64,000 nt of DNA from a virus. Its lineage: Duplodnaviria; Caudoviricetes. A program made the translations under genes and the position numbers. The notes under the pieces are model-generated. The model worked only from the letters and a program-made list of their open reading frames with translations. It ran no database searches and had not been told where the DNA came from. Positions 38,311 to 47,657 of the stretch are shown here, piece by piece; the stretch's first letter is position 1; each line of letters opens with the position of its first letter. The stretch is taken from positions 29,930 to 93,929 of the IMG/VR virus record IMGVR_UViG_3300033076_000210, one strand, 5' to 3'.

Positions 38311-38923
38311 CCTGATTGTATAAGTGATCCAGAGTTTGATTGTTGTCTAAGATCTGATCAAAGTCTGTTCCAATCCAGGAGTATTCGCTAGCATGGACTC
38401 CTAGATCATCTAGCTTTTTCTTACTCAATGCCCATTGAGAGTTTCCATTCGGACCTCGATTGTATGCCACTGCGGCATTATACCATTCAGGTTCATCGCC
38501 ACGTCTAATACGAACTACAATTCCGCCTGCTGCCTTAATTGCTCTGATTTCGTTAGGGAACCTGCAATCAGTAATAACAACATCGTCTGTGGTGTTGCGT
38601 AGTTTGTTTTCTAAACTAGCAATCCAAATATCGTCATGAAATCCAGTTCTTAGAACATTTGTGCCCCATTGCTGTAGCACCCAACGTGGCGTCAATTCAG
38701 GAATGCCTAAACGTTCTGCCCACCAAGTATCCACTTGCTCGCGCCACTCTCTTGAGTGCTTGGTGCGCCCTTCTAGCATAGTTCTGTCCCAACCAAACAC
38801 TTGGGCAACAGCGTCTTTTAATGTGTTAGCAAAACTTTCCCTACGAAAGTGATGCAAGTTTACAAGATAGTCGGCAGCAGTATCTTTACCTGCGCCAATA
38901 AGTCCGCAAATTCCAATGATCAT
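38258..38923 (-). CDS. gp1: deoxynucleoside monophosphate kinase (T4 gp1-like)
   Basis: IIGICGLIGAGKDT, FANTLK, TPRWVLQQWGT, VITDCRFPNE, HASE. Confidence 0.9.
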   Translation of the reverse strand: MIIGICGLIGAGKDTAADYLVNLHHFRRESFANTLKDAVAQVFGWDRTMLEGRTKHSREWREQVDTWWAERLGIPELTPRWVLQQWGTNVLRTGFHDDIWIASLENKLRNTTDDVVITDCRFPNEIRAIKAAGGIVVRIRRGDEPEWYNAAVAYNRGPNGNSQWALSKKKLDDLGVHASEYSWIGTDFDQILDNNQTLDHLYNQVKYLAQDRHDAKGDHCV

Positions 38924-39441
38924 TTGAGTTCCTTAACGTTGAGATATTTAAGTGTATTTTGTAACATGCCAATTTGTCTGCGACAGTCTTCTAAAGCATG
39001 GTGTGTTGTGGGAGGGATGGGTTGGTCTGGCCAACAACTAAAAATTGTGCGGCTATCACGCACCATAAAGTATTTCCAGGGCAGTGTCTTGCGATAACTT
39101 TTGTAAGCATGCTCTAAGATGTTCATATCGTATGTAGGGCCTTGAGCCCAGACCATTTTACTGTGCCAAATTAGCTTGCCTAATCCGTCGAGAGCTTCGT
39201 CTAGTGGGACACGACCTTCTTCGTTAAATGCTTCGTTGCGCACTTCTGCAGGTTGGGTTGCCCACCATGCAATCGTGTCATCGTCAATAACACGGTTTTC
39301 CTGGCTTTCTAGTGTCACACGGGCATAATAAGATTGCTCATAGTAGCCTTTGCCAAATGGGTCAAAGGCTTGAGCGGCAATAGTCAGGATAGTAGCATCT
39401 GGGCCAGTTGCTAAACCTTCTAAGTCAATCATCAGGTGCAT
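38920..39441 (-). CDS. DEDDh 3'-5' exonuclease (DexA/Rv2179c-like)
   Basis: MIDLEGL, WAQGPTYD, RDSRT, HHALEDC. Confidence 0.88.
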   Translation of the reverse strand: MHLMIDLEGLATGPDATILTIAAQAFDPFGKGYYEQSYYARVTLESQENRVIDDDTIAWWATQPAEVRNEAFNEEGRVPLDEALDGLGKLIWHSKMVWAQGPTYDMNILEHAYKSYRKTLPWKYFMVRDSRTIFSCWPDQPIPPTTHHALEDCRRQIGMLQNTLKYLNVKELK

Positions 39442-39447
39442 TTTGCT

Positions 39448-39476
39448 ATTATAGCAAAATTATGCAGCTATGTCTA
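39448..39476 (-). promoter_or_regulatory. sigma70-like promoter TAGACA-N17-TATAAT
   Basis: 6 nt before ATG 39441. Confidence 0.65.
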
Positions 39477-40182
39477 TTCCAAAGGTGAGATTTATCCATT
39501 CTCGCATGGCTGTTCGAGTAGGATGCAAGTGATCTGATTCCAAATACCCCGAGCGTTGTTCTGCCCACTCAAAAGGAGTAGTATCAAGCGATATCTTTTC
39601 CCATTCTACTAGGTTGTAATAAGCAGACGTTTTGTTGATTGTACCAAAATAATGTTCATGTCTAGTTTGAGAGTAGTCTGCAAACGGATTGTAGATAAAG
39701 CTCATTTGGTAATCAATGTTTAACTTTTCCAGTAGACTTTGTGTGTAAACTATATTGATTAAACTTTTATCTGTGAGATATCTTGAGTCTGCGCCAAGAT
39801 ATTCTATTTTAAAAATTTGACGTATGTCGGCAGGACAGTTTCGATCCCAAGTCCAAGAACCAGCTTGTCCGCCCGAGTGATACCACACAGAGCCTTCAAG
39901 TGGCGTGCAAAAACTGTATGCAGGATTGCCTTCCCACGCACCCGAATATGTTTCGTGTAATTCTCTAGTAATCACAGTGTCGAGACGATTGACGCCGGTC
40001 CAAATAACGATCACTTGATTGTATTTTTCTCGGGCACATTCATGTGCGACTCTAGCAGCTATGGCCTGATTGCCTGTGCCACTAGTTGCTTTTACTGTTA
40101 TGTCAGGATGTAGTTGCCAGTATCCTGGATTTTGTTCGCCAAGTGTGCTACAAAAACTACAACCAACAATCAGGGTTTTCAA
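39460..40182 (-). CDS. SGNH-like hypothetical protein
   Basis: LIVGCSF, GTGN, WTG..R, DHLHPT. Confidence 0.6.
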   Translation of the reverse strand: MKTLIVGCSFCSTLGEQNPGYWQLHPDITVKATSGTGNQAIAARVAHECAREKYNQVIVIWTGVNRLDTVITRELHETYSGAWEGNPAYSFCTPLEGSVWYHSGGQAGSWTWDRNCPADIRQIFKIEYLGADSRYLTDKSLINIVYTQSLLEKLNIDYQMSFIYNPFADYSQTRHEHYFGTINKTSAYYNLVEWEKISLDTTPFEWAEQRSGYLESDHLHPTRTAMREWINLTFGIDIAA

Positions 40183-40947
40183 TTAACCGATAACCCAGGT
40201 TAGAGGTTGCGAGCCGTCTACATAGTTTTTGAGCTGCTCAATTAGTGCATCCATTTGTGTTTGGGCTTCGGCTTTCATTGCGGTGCCGTTAAGTGTGCCG
40301 CCACCTTGTGGCCCAGCAATGGTTCCAAACTTTTCACGAGCTTCACCAATCATTAACTTACAGTTAGCGACCATGTAGTCACGAATCCATTGACGGATTT
40401 GAAAGTCACTTAACAAGTTAATTTCGGGCTTGAGGTTGTCTGTCCATAACAACACGTTTTCACCAGTTCCGCGCCAGTCGCGTGCCATTTGAATTTTCTT
40501 TGTAACAGGGTTCCAGGTGAACACCACATACTGTCCAAACATGCGTCCAGCTAGCTCAACATACTGACTGTAAAAGTCGTAGGTAGCAAGTCCGCCAGCT
40601 ACGTTAAAGTTCATCAAATAGACGTTGAGTGATGCTTGGGTAAAAGGATCAAAGTTTGTGGCATAAGGACCCTGGGAGTTACCAAAGGTTCGTCGATATA
40701 CCTGGCGCACATTGATAACCTCTTGGGGCAATGTGTAAGTATCAACGTCTTTTACAAGCTCTAAAAAACTAAAACTTTCTTCATATGCATTTTGCGCACG
40801 TTGGCGATAGGTGCCAATGGTTTTTTGATACGCTGCCTCATAGTGTGCAGGGTCAAGTTCAACGTCAATCATGCCACTGCCCAATTGCAGTTGCACATAG
40901 TTAATAAGATCTTGTTTTAGAACTTGTAATGAATTTTGTTCAGACAT
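40183..40947 (-). CDS. gp13: neck protein
   Basis: QLGSGMIDVELD, WIRDY..A..K...GE.REKF..I.GPQGG.TLNG, C-terminal P..WVIG. Confidence 0.88.
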   Translation of the reverse strand: MSEQNSLQVLKQDLINYVQLQLGSGMIDVELDPAHYEAAYQKTIGTYRQRAQNAYEESFSFLELVKDVDTYTLPQEVINVRQVYRRTFGNSQGPYATNFDPFTQASLNVYLMNFNVAGGLATYDFYSQYVELAGRMFGQYVVFTWNPVTKKIQMARDWRGTGENVLLWTDNLKPEINLLSDFQIRQWIRDYMVANCKLMIGEAREKFGTIAGPQGGGTLNGTAMKAEAQTQMDALIEQLKNYVDGSQPLTWVIG

Positions 40948-40973
40948 ATAGGGACACTCCGTCCCTATATTTA
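40946..40973 (-). promoter_or_regulatory. late promoter overlapping an RBS/start-sequestering hairpin
   Basis: TAAATA-TAGGGAC-GGAGT-GTCCCTATATG; 10-bp perfect stem. Confidence 0.6.
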
Positions 40974-40975
40974 GC

Positions 40976-42106
40976 TTACCAAACGCGAAGAACAACTAGG
41001 TTTTCGTTGCCACGTGGGTTCCATGCTACTTCCGTGGCTTTGATATCCTTGAAGTATTTTCGAGCAGCTGGCTTGCCCACTGTGGTGATTTGCTTGAGTT
41101 GTTCTGCTGGCTTGCGCAGAGTCTTCTGCACAGTTTCCACAGTAGAGAACCCAATCAAGGTGTTATTCTTGACAGTAAACACCTTGGCATACTCGTCTGC
41201 CACAAGGTGAATCAGCTTGCGCTTTTTGCTGTCATACAACCATGCTTCTGACTTGTCCACAAGCTGTGCCGCAGGCAGTGACTTGAGCTTGAGTTCTGCG
41301 AACTCTGCACAAATCTTAAACTTGGCTGCTTTCTTCTCTGGTGGCACTGCTTTAACTTTGCGAGGTTTACGTTCAACTTTCTTGATTTGAACGTAACTGC
41401 CGCAATCTGCCAGCACCAGTTCACAGAACTTTACACATTGCTTGAGCTGTGTTTTTGTCATGTAATCGTAGGCCTTGGCCAAGTCTGGATCTTTACCTGC
41501 TAGTGCATCTTCAAACTCAGCAAGATTTTTGGCCCAGCGATCTTTAACAATGCTGATCATCTGCGGAGCAATATTCATGCTTCGCATCAAGGCCACTGGT
41601 TTGTAGTCAGCGTTGAGCTTGGCACCCGAAGTAACAAACTCGTCAAACAATCCATCAAGCTCGCCCATGAACTCTGACACTTTTTCACGCAGTCGGTCTT
41701 GGATTGTGAGCTTTGCGGGAGCATTTTCGTCCACTACTTCTTCTGCCTTGGGTTCATCTTTGATTGCCAGCAACTCTTTGATTAGGTTGTCCAACTTGAT
41801 TTGTTCATGTTCATCCAGTTGCAAGCCCATTAAACTCATACGTGCCAACCAACCTGTGGTCAAACGCATTTGGCTATCATTCAGGGCACGAATTTGTTTT
41901 GCGTCTTTGGTGCGGTCATGTGCATCCAAGTAAACACAAACAAACTCTTTGGCTTCCTTTTTGCCGTAGAAATAGTTGTACCAGTTAAATGCTCGAGTCA
42001 GAGCTGTAAAACGTTCCTCGGTGGGTTGCACCGACCAAGTGGGTTCGTTGCCCACATACTTTGTGTCGGGGCTACGAGGATTCAAGGGTTTGAGAGAAAC
42101 TTTCAT
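40976..42106 (-). CDS. conserved hypothetical protein (early operon, Lys-rich C-terminal domain)
   Basis: 376-aa ORF, AAGGAG RBS. Confidence 0.8.
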   Translation of the reverse strand: MKVSLKPLNPRSPDTKYVGNEPTWSVQPTEERFTALTRAFNWYNYFYGKKEAKEFVCVYLDAHDRTKDAKQIRALNDSQMRLTTGWLARMSLMGLQLDEHEQIKLDNLIKELLAIKDEPKAEEVVDENAPAKLTIQDRLREKVSEFMGELDGLFDEFVTSGAKLNADYKPVALMRSMNIAPQMISIVKDRWAKNLAEFEDALAGKDPDLAKAYDYMTKTQLKQCVKFCELVLADCGSYVQIKKVERKPRKVKAVPPEKKAAKFKICAEFAELKLKSLPAAQLVDKSEAWLYDSKKRKLIHLVADEYAKVFTVKNNTLIGFSTVETVQKTLRKPAEQLKQITTVGKPAARKYFKDIKATEVAWNPRGNENLVVLRVW

Positions 42107-42330
42107 ACACGCTCCTTTTGAACGCGGCCAATGCGGCTCGCTTTATTCCAATCGTAGGCAACGCCATCTGGGCACTTGCCGTCTTTTATGCTGTCAACAC
42201 CAAACATGCCAACAATCTCAAAGTCTGGGCCTGTGATGGTCACAAACTCGTTTAACTGTTTAGCACACTTCATTGCTTCATCTAAAGAATGAACTTCGTA
42301 GGTTGTATTTTTACCTTTTACTTTAAACAT
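42103..42330 (-). CDS. hypothetical protein
   Basis: 75 aa, own promoter. Confidence 0.7.
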   Translation of the reverse strand: MFKVKGKNTTYEVHSLDEAMKCAKQLNEFVTITGPDFEIVGMFGVDSIKDGKCPDGVAYDWNKASRIGRVQKERV

Positions 42331-42336
42331 GCTGTA

Positions 42337-42365
42337 ATTATAACACTTTTTGGTTAATTGGTCAA
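42337..42365 (-). promoter_or_regulatory. sigma70-like early promoter TTGACC-N17-TATAAT
   Basis: 6 nt before ATG 42330. Confidence 0.8.
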
Positions 42366-42629
42366 GTCAACAGAAAGTAATACTAAAGTAAGATCTGCTT
42401 CGTTGCGGAATGTAATCCAATATGGGCGGTATGAGTTGCTGTTAATAGCATGCCCAAATCCTGACCACCAATCAGCTTCGCGAACATAGCCGTGTCCTTT
42501 TAACCGTTCGCGGCAGACTTTTTCGTAGGCACTGACTTTTCTAGGCGCATAGGATTCAAATCGCAAGGCTACTGTGTGCCCGTTTTCTTTGAACTGTCGG
42601 TGTCTGCGGTTTAATTTAACAATTTTCAT
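42354..42629 (-). CDS. hypothetical protein
   Basis: MKIVKLNRR..., C-terminal YWITFRNEADLTLVLL. Confidence 0.7.
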   Translation of the reverse strand: MKIVKLNRRHRQFKENGHTVALRFESYAPRKVSAYEKVCRERLKGHGYVREADWWSGFGHAINSNSYRPYWITFRNEADLTLVLLSVDLTN

Positions 42630-42635
42630 ACCCAA

Positions 42636-42664
42636 ATTATAGCAAAATGGGAATTATTGGTCAA
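42636..42664 (-). promoter_or_regulatory. sigma70-like early promoter TTGACC-N17-TATAAT
   Basis: 6 nt before ATG 42629. Confidence 0.8.
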
Positions 42665-42915
42665 GTATACATTAATCGGGCCAGGGTTAAGTGCTTTTCT
42701 AGATTGACTAACAATTCCTCTGCTTGCTCTTTTAGTGTTTTGTAACGACTAGTAATTTTGTTTAATCTGCGACATTCCACACTTTCTGAGTCTAATGCAT
42801 TAAGAGCAGAGTCTACTGCGCCTAGCATTTTAAGCAAATCACGGCGAGCTTGGCGATTGTTTATGTTCAAAATTTGATCTGAGCAATCTGTGGCTCTTTG
42901 ATATAGTTCGTCCAT
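42661..42915 (-). CDS. hypothetical helical protein
   Basis: MDELYQ...; TTGACA-N18-TAAAAT promoter at 42921-42950. Confidence 0.65.
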   Translation of the reverse strand: MDELYQRATDCSDQILNINNRQARRDLLKMLGAVDSALNALDSESVECRRLNKITSRYKTLKEQAEELLVNLEKHLTLARLMYT

Positions 42916-42969
42916 ACTGTATTTTATGATAGGATATAATTCCTTGTCAAACAACCACTAAATACAGTT

Positions 42970-44316
42970 ATGCCACGCCTAAGTCTTTATCGCCCTAATC
43001 GCACAAGCGACTACCAATTTTTTGACCGCACAATCAGTGAGATGTTTACTGTTGGCGGGTTAGATCTTTATGTTCACAAATACATGGGTCCAGCTACAGG
43101 CGATGCCGGCGACGCAGATGCCACGCTGCCAGTTTATGATCAATCAAATCCCTTGTTTATTGAAGACTTGTTACTGTTGGAAAACCGAGATCGCAAGTAT
43201 GACCAAGACGTGTATGTCATGCGTGGTGTTTACCGTCAACAAGACATCGATTTTAACTTGAGCCAATTCGGGTTGTTCCTAAACAACGATACACTGTTCA
43301 TCAGCTTCCATTACAACAACATGATCGATTCATTTGGACGCAAACTAATGTCAGGCGATGTGCTAGAACTACCAAACTTAACAGACTACCATCCTTTGAA
43401 CACTACTCTTAACAAAGCATTGCCTCGATACTATGTTATCCAAGAAGCAAATTTTGGTAGCGAAGGCTTTAGTCAAACTTGGCTACCACATATTTGGCGT
43501 GTTAAAGCAACGCCGCTGGTCAACGCTCAGGAATACAACGACATTTTAAACAAGCCGTTTGAGCCTGATAACATCTGGGACAATGGCAATTTTTATCCTT
43601 CGGGCACAACAGTGCTAGATGGTAATACATACTACACAGCAATTAGAAACGTCCCTCCTGGAACTCCAATTACAGATACCTCATACTGGAGAGAGAAAAC
43701 AGATCCTACTACTATTTCTGATCAACTCAGTACTCGCCCCAAAGACTTGGAAATCAATGATGCTATTTTAACACAGGCTGAAGTTGAATTGCCGTTAACA
43801 GGCTACGACACTGTGAAGTTTTATATTTTGCCTACTACTGTAGACGGGCAACCGGCATCAACTGGTTTAACTACTGATAATACCAATACCACTGTAGACA
43901 ACACCGAAGGTGGAGATGGGGTATCTCCAAGATCTGATGGTTATACATTGGGTTATCTAACTGGCGACGGTATTGCACCCAACGGGTTGCCTGTTACACC
44001 AGGTGTGAGTTTTCCACCAAATCCTGTAGATGGAGACTATTGTTTACGTCTCGATTATTTTCCTAATAGACTATTCCGATTCAACGGAAGATCTTGGGTC
44101 AAGATCGAAGACAAGGTACGCACAGGTGTAGCATTTGCTGAAAATGCACTATCACAACGTGCCAGCTTTGTTAACAATCCTTACACCGTTCCAACAACTG
44201 ACCTCGGTAACATCCCAAGTAGACAGAGTCTATCACAAATTCTTAAACCCAACGCCGACAACGGCGATCAAGGGGGCAACTTGCCACCTAACCCTCCACC
44301 ATATCGGAATTCATAA
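42970..44316 (+). CDS. gp14: neck/head-closure protein with C-terminal extension
   Basis: DLLLLENRDRKY, LSQFGLFL.ND, GDVLELP; precedes gp15; TAAATA at 42959-42964. Confidence 0.78.
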   Translation: MPRLSLYRPNRTSDYQFFDRTISEMFTVGGLDLYVHKYMGPATGDAGDADATLPVYDQSNPLFIEDLLLLENRDRKYDQDVYVMRGVYRQQDIDFNLSQFGLFLNNDTLFISFHYNNMIDSFGRKLMSGDVLELPNLTDYHPLNTTLNKALPRYYVIQEANFGSEGFSQTWLPHIWRVKATPLVNAQEYNDILNKPFEPDNIWDNGNFYPSGTTVLDGNTYYTAIRNVPPGTPITDTSYWREKTDPTTISDQLSTRPKDLEINDAILTQAEVELPLTGYDTVKFYILPTTVDGQPASTGLTTDNTNTTVDNTEGGDGVSPRSDGYTLGYLTGDGIAPNGLPVTPGVSFPPNPVDGDYCLRLDYFPNRLFRFNGRSWVKIEDKVRTGVAFAENALSQRASFVNNPYTVPTTDLGNIPSRQSLSQILKPNADNGDQGGNLPPNPPPYRNS

Positions 44317-45710
44317 TGGCCGGACCAACATTTTTTTATGATGAACAAATACGTCGTTTCTTATTGCAATTTGCAAGAATCTTTAGTAACTTTCAAGTAG
44401 AGTACGGGCGTAACGAAGAAGGCACTGCACATACGTTGTTGCGAGTACCAGTTCGCTATGGCGATTCTAGTCGACAAGTCCAGACAGTTATTCAAAATAA
44501 CTCAGCAAACGAATTGCCGTCGACACCATTGATGACATTTTATATCACAGCACTGGATTATGATCGTCCTAGAATGCAGGAACCGTATCATGTGAGTAAA
44601 ATGAATGTGCGTCAACGCTTCTACGATGCCACAACTGATACCTACGAAAGCACACAAGGCAATGCATTCACTATCGAACGATTAATGCCTGTTCCGTATA
44701 GTCTAACTATTAATTTGGATATCTGGACTTCCAATACTAATCAGAAGTTTCAGCTGCTAGAACAAATTATACCATTGTTTAATCCAGCCTTGGAAATTCA
44801 ATCAACTGACAACTTTATCGACTGGACGTCGTTGAGTGTAGTTGAATTAGATTCGTCTCGCTGGTCAAGCAAAACTATCCCAGTTGGATCAGATGATCCT
44901 ATTGACGTCACTACCTTAACATTTAAAATTCCAATTTGGATTAGTTCGCCTGCCAAAGTCAAGAAACTCGGCGTTGTCGAACGCATTGTTGCGTCTGTGT
45001 TTGATGCAAATGGGGATGCAATATCCGCTATCTCAAATAACGATTTATTGCTAGGAACTCGTCAAATCTTTACTCCGTTTGACTATCAAGTATTACTAAT
45101 CAACAATAAGTTACAAGCGTTGCGCCCACAGCAAGTGATTGATCAATACAACACTAGTTTAACTCCTGCTGACTCACCTAACAGTAATTTAATGTGGCAT
45201 GCAGTAATCGGCGAGCTTGGTGTTCTCAGAGATGGTATTAGTTTAATTAAACTAGAACAACAAGACGGAACAGAAGTAATCGGTACAGTTGCATATGATC
45301 CAACCGATGATAGATTTTTGTTGTTTTCTGTTGATCCCGACACTGTTCCAGCAAACACATTGAGTCCGATTAATGCTGTAATTAATCCATTGGTCAGCGG
45401 CCCGGGTGTAGGTTTGCCAGCAGCGGCTCAGGGTCAACGCTATCTGTTAACCGAAGACACTGGCAGCGAAAATGGATATGCTGCTGCATGGTCAGGCATA
45501 ACAGGACAATACTTAATTGCAAAAGCAAACGATATCATTGAATATGACGGATCTAGATGGGTCATTGTTTTCAACAGTGACAGTAGTCCAGTAAATATAC
45601 AATATGTTACAAACCTTACCACAGAACTGCAATTTGAATGGACCGGGAGTTCTTGGATCAAGAGTTACCAAGGCCTCTACCCAGGTGGCACATGGAGTCT
45701 AGTACTGTAA
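44316..45710 (+). CDS. gp15: tail sheath stabiliser/terminator protein
   Basis: FFYDEQIRRFLLQFARIFSNF, VPVRYG, MPVPY.L...LDIW, QLLEQI.PLFNP. Confidence 0.88.
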   Translation: MAGPTFFYDEQIRRFLLQFARIFSNFQVEYGRNEEGTAHTLLRVPVRYGDSSRQVQTVIQNNSANELPSTPLMTFYITALDYDRPRMQEPYHVSKMNVRQRFYDATTDTYESTQGNAFTIERLMPVPYSLTINLDIWTSNTNQKFQLLEQIIPLFNPALEIQSTDNFIDWTSLSVVELDSSRWSSKTIPVGSDDPIDVTTLTFKIPIWISSPAKVKKLGVVERIVASVFDANGDAISAISNNDLLLGTRQIFTPFDYQVLLINNKLQALRPQQVIDQYNTSLTPADSPNSNLMWHAVIGELGVLRDGISLIKLEQQDGTEVIGTVAYDPTDDRFLLFSVDPDTVPANTLSPINAVINPLVSGPGVGLPAAAQGQRYLLTEDTGSENGYAAAWSGITGQYLIAKANDIIEYDGSRWVIVFNSDSSPVNIQYVTNLTTELQFEWTGSSWIKSYQGLYPGGTWSLVL

Positions 45711-46129
45711 ACGCTGCTGGTGTTTGGTTTTATTCGTTATCCACTCAGCGATATCTATATCTGCTAAGAAACGATCCTAGGCATCCCGGATCCTGGGGTT
45801 TACCTGGCGGCAAAGTCAACGATAACGAAACGCTAATACAAGCAATCGAACGTGAGTGTTATGAAGAGATGGGATCAATGCCCGCATACAATAGACTTAT
45901 GCCAATAGAAAAATTTACAGCAGCAGATGGAAAATTTGTATACCATACATTTTTCTGTAGTGTAGACCAAGAATTTACGCCTGTTCTAAATGACGAGCAT
46001 GTGGGGTGGGCATGGATAAAGTCCGGACATTGGCCAAGGCCACTGCATCCCGGACTTTGGTCAACTATTAATTTTGATGTGGTTCAAGAAAAAGTTATGC
46101 TAATCGAACGCAGTTACACATCACAGTGA
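45692..46129 (+). CDS. NUDIX hydrolase
   Basis: WGLPGGKVNDNETLIQAIERECYEEMG Nudix box; LNDEH.GWAW, PLHPG. Confidence 0.88.
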   Translation: MESSTVNAAGVWFYSLSTQRYLYLLRNDPRHPGSWGLPGGKVNDNETLIQAIERECYEEMGSMPAYNRLMPIEKFTAADGKFVYHTFFCSVDQEFTPVLNDEHVGWAWIKSGHWPRPLHPGLWSTINFDVVQEKVMLIERSYTSQ

Positions 46130-46776
46130 ATTAAAAATTCTCGATGTGTTAATTGAGCAAAGTTGGCGCAACTTTTCCAGGCATCCGGAGTTTGTGATCC
46201 ATAATCCACATGAAAAAACTTAGTGCCTTGGTATGCAGTCATAATATTGTATATTTGATGCTGCCAATCTGTTCTACCAATCTCTGCAAACTCATTATAG
46301 CCTAGCAAGAATACTTCTTTGTGTCCGTCAAATGCAGCAAGGTATGGTAATGCTGCTTGCTTCAATAAGGTAGACTCGTACGGCACAACATAAAACACAC
46401 CTGGGTGAGCCAAGCATTGTTTTGACTTAGTGTAGATTGTACTGTTTTTGTAATAGTGCTGGTTTAACAAATTGACTAGTACATCCTGATCAGTTTCTAC
46501 TACAAAGTCTAAATTCATTGTATTAGCAACTGCGCCTGTGCCATAAGTTTGTACCTTTTTAGATCCTAGCAATCCGCCTTTGTGATTCTGCAAGATTGTG
46601 TAATCAAATATATCAACTTGTGTGCTAGCAATGCAAACAGCACGTCCCGAAATATGATTGTTTTCGATTGGATTAGGGATCCATTCTCGACGCATGCGTT
46701 TTTTGCCGCCGGACCAGGCTGTATTTGTAATTATAAATTCCCCGGTGTAATCTTTTCTGTAACGTTCTGTAATCAT
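46114..46776 (-). CDS. Maf/GT42-like (sialyltransferase-fold) protein, divergent
   Basis: TYGT..., DFVVETD, YLAAFDGHKEVFLLGY; paralogous to 61497-62084. Confidence 0.45.
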   Translation of the reverse strand: MITERYRKDYTGEFIITNTAWSGGKKRMRREWIPNPIENNHISGRAVCIASTQVDIFDYTILQNHKGGLLGSKKVQTYGTGAVANTMNLDFVVETDQDVLVNLLNQHYYKNSTIYTKSKQCLAHPGVFYVVPYESTLLKQAALPYLAAFDGHKEVFLLGYNEFAEIGRTDWQHQIYNIMTAYQGTKFFHVDYGSQTPDAWKSCANFAQLTHREFLIHCDV

Positions 46777-46795
46777 AGCAGCTCCTGATTAGTAT

Positions 46796-47194
46796 TTACT
46801 TGAGATTCGGGCGTTCAGGCCAAGTAATGCCAACCAGAAAGTTAAATTCATTAAACTGAACATTCGTAACTGTGTTTGGGAAATTTCTTAATTCTTGTCT
46901 ATAGCTGTCCCATGCGGCGCACCATTCGGGGCCACGGACTTGGCGCAAATCGGCCACTTGAGTCCAGTCGCTGTCTTTTAAATACCAGTCACGAATCTCT
47001 CTAAGAACACGCATAGGTTCAGCAGCTTCTAGTTCAGCTTGACGAGCCTGCACTTGTTCAAGAGTAGGCTTAACAAAGCTATCGTTGAACCACTCAAGCT
47101 GTTCCCAATCGTTATCTCGCATAAGCCACTGAGCACCGGGGCACAAATCGCCCAGAGCTTCAGCTAATCCCCATTGTCTTCTCATTCCAATCAT
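46796..47194 (-). CDS. tail fibre assembly chaperone-like protein (XkdW/tail assembly chaperone)
   Basis: L.PGAQW...LEW...KPT; LR..RD..LKDSDWTQ..D, W..YRQELR..P, ITWPERP. Confidence 0.8.
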   Translation of the reverse strand: MIGMRRQWGLAEALGDLCPGAQWLMRDNDWEQLEWFNDSFVKPTLEQVQARQAELEAAEPMRVLREIRDWYLKDSDWTQVADLRQVRGPEWCAAWDSYRQELRNFPNTVTNVQFNEFNFLVGITWPERPNLK

Positions 47195-47195
47195 A

Positions 47196-47657
47196 TTACT
47201 GTCCTATCTCGTATAATCTTAAATATTGGTTGGTCGATCCACTGTTATAATTACCAATCCAAACTGTGCCTTGGTACGCCAACACACTAGCAACATAGCT
47301 GTGAGTACCAGCACCTGGGCTGTCTAGAAACGTGCGTTCGTAGAAACCAATATAGTTAGCAGCAGCACCGTTGTAACCGCTGTGCATAATTTGTGTTCCG
47401 TTACGCAATATTCTATGATAGATTAAACTCCAGGTACCGTTGCCTTGGTCGCTGCGATCATTCATAAAGTATTCAACCATTACTTTGTTTGATGAATTGG
47501 TAATAGTGATGCTTGTTGTAAACACATTTACCCAGGCGGCGGTAGTCGCTGTGGTGCTTACAGTAGATGTATTATCTACTACCTGAATAATTTGCCCAGG
47601 GATGTTGATTAAACTGCCCGAAGCACTGATAGATTTGTTCGGAAATACAATGGCCAT
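47196..47657 (-). CDS. short tail fibre tip/adhesin-like protein, paralogue 1
   Basis: GQIIQVV, SITITNSSNKVMV, LDSPG, C-terminal LRLYEI. Confidence 0.7.
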   Translation of the reverse strand: MAIVFPNKSISASGSLINIPGQIIQVVDNTSTVSTTATTAAWVNVFTTSITITNSSNKVMVEYFMNDRSDQGNGTWSLIYHRILRNGTQIMHSGYNGAAANYIGFYERTFLDSPGAGTHSYVASVLAYQGTVWIGNYNSGSTNQYLRLYEIGQ

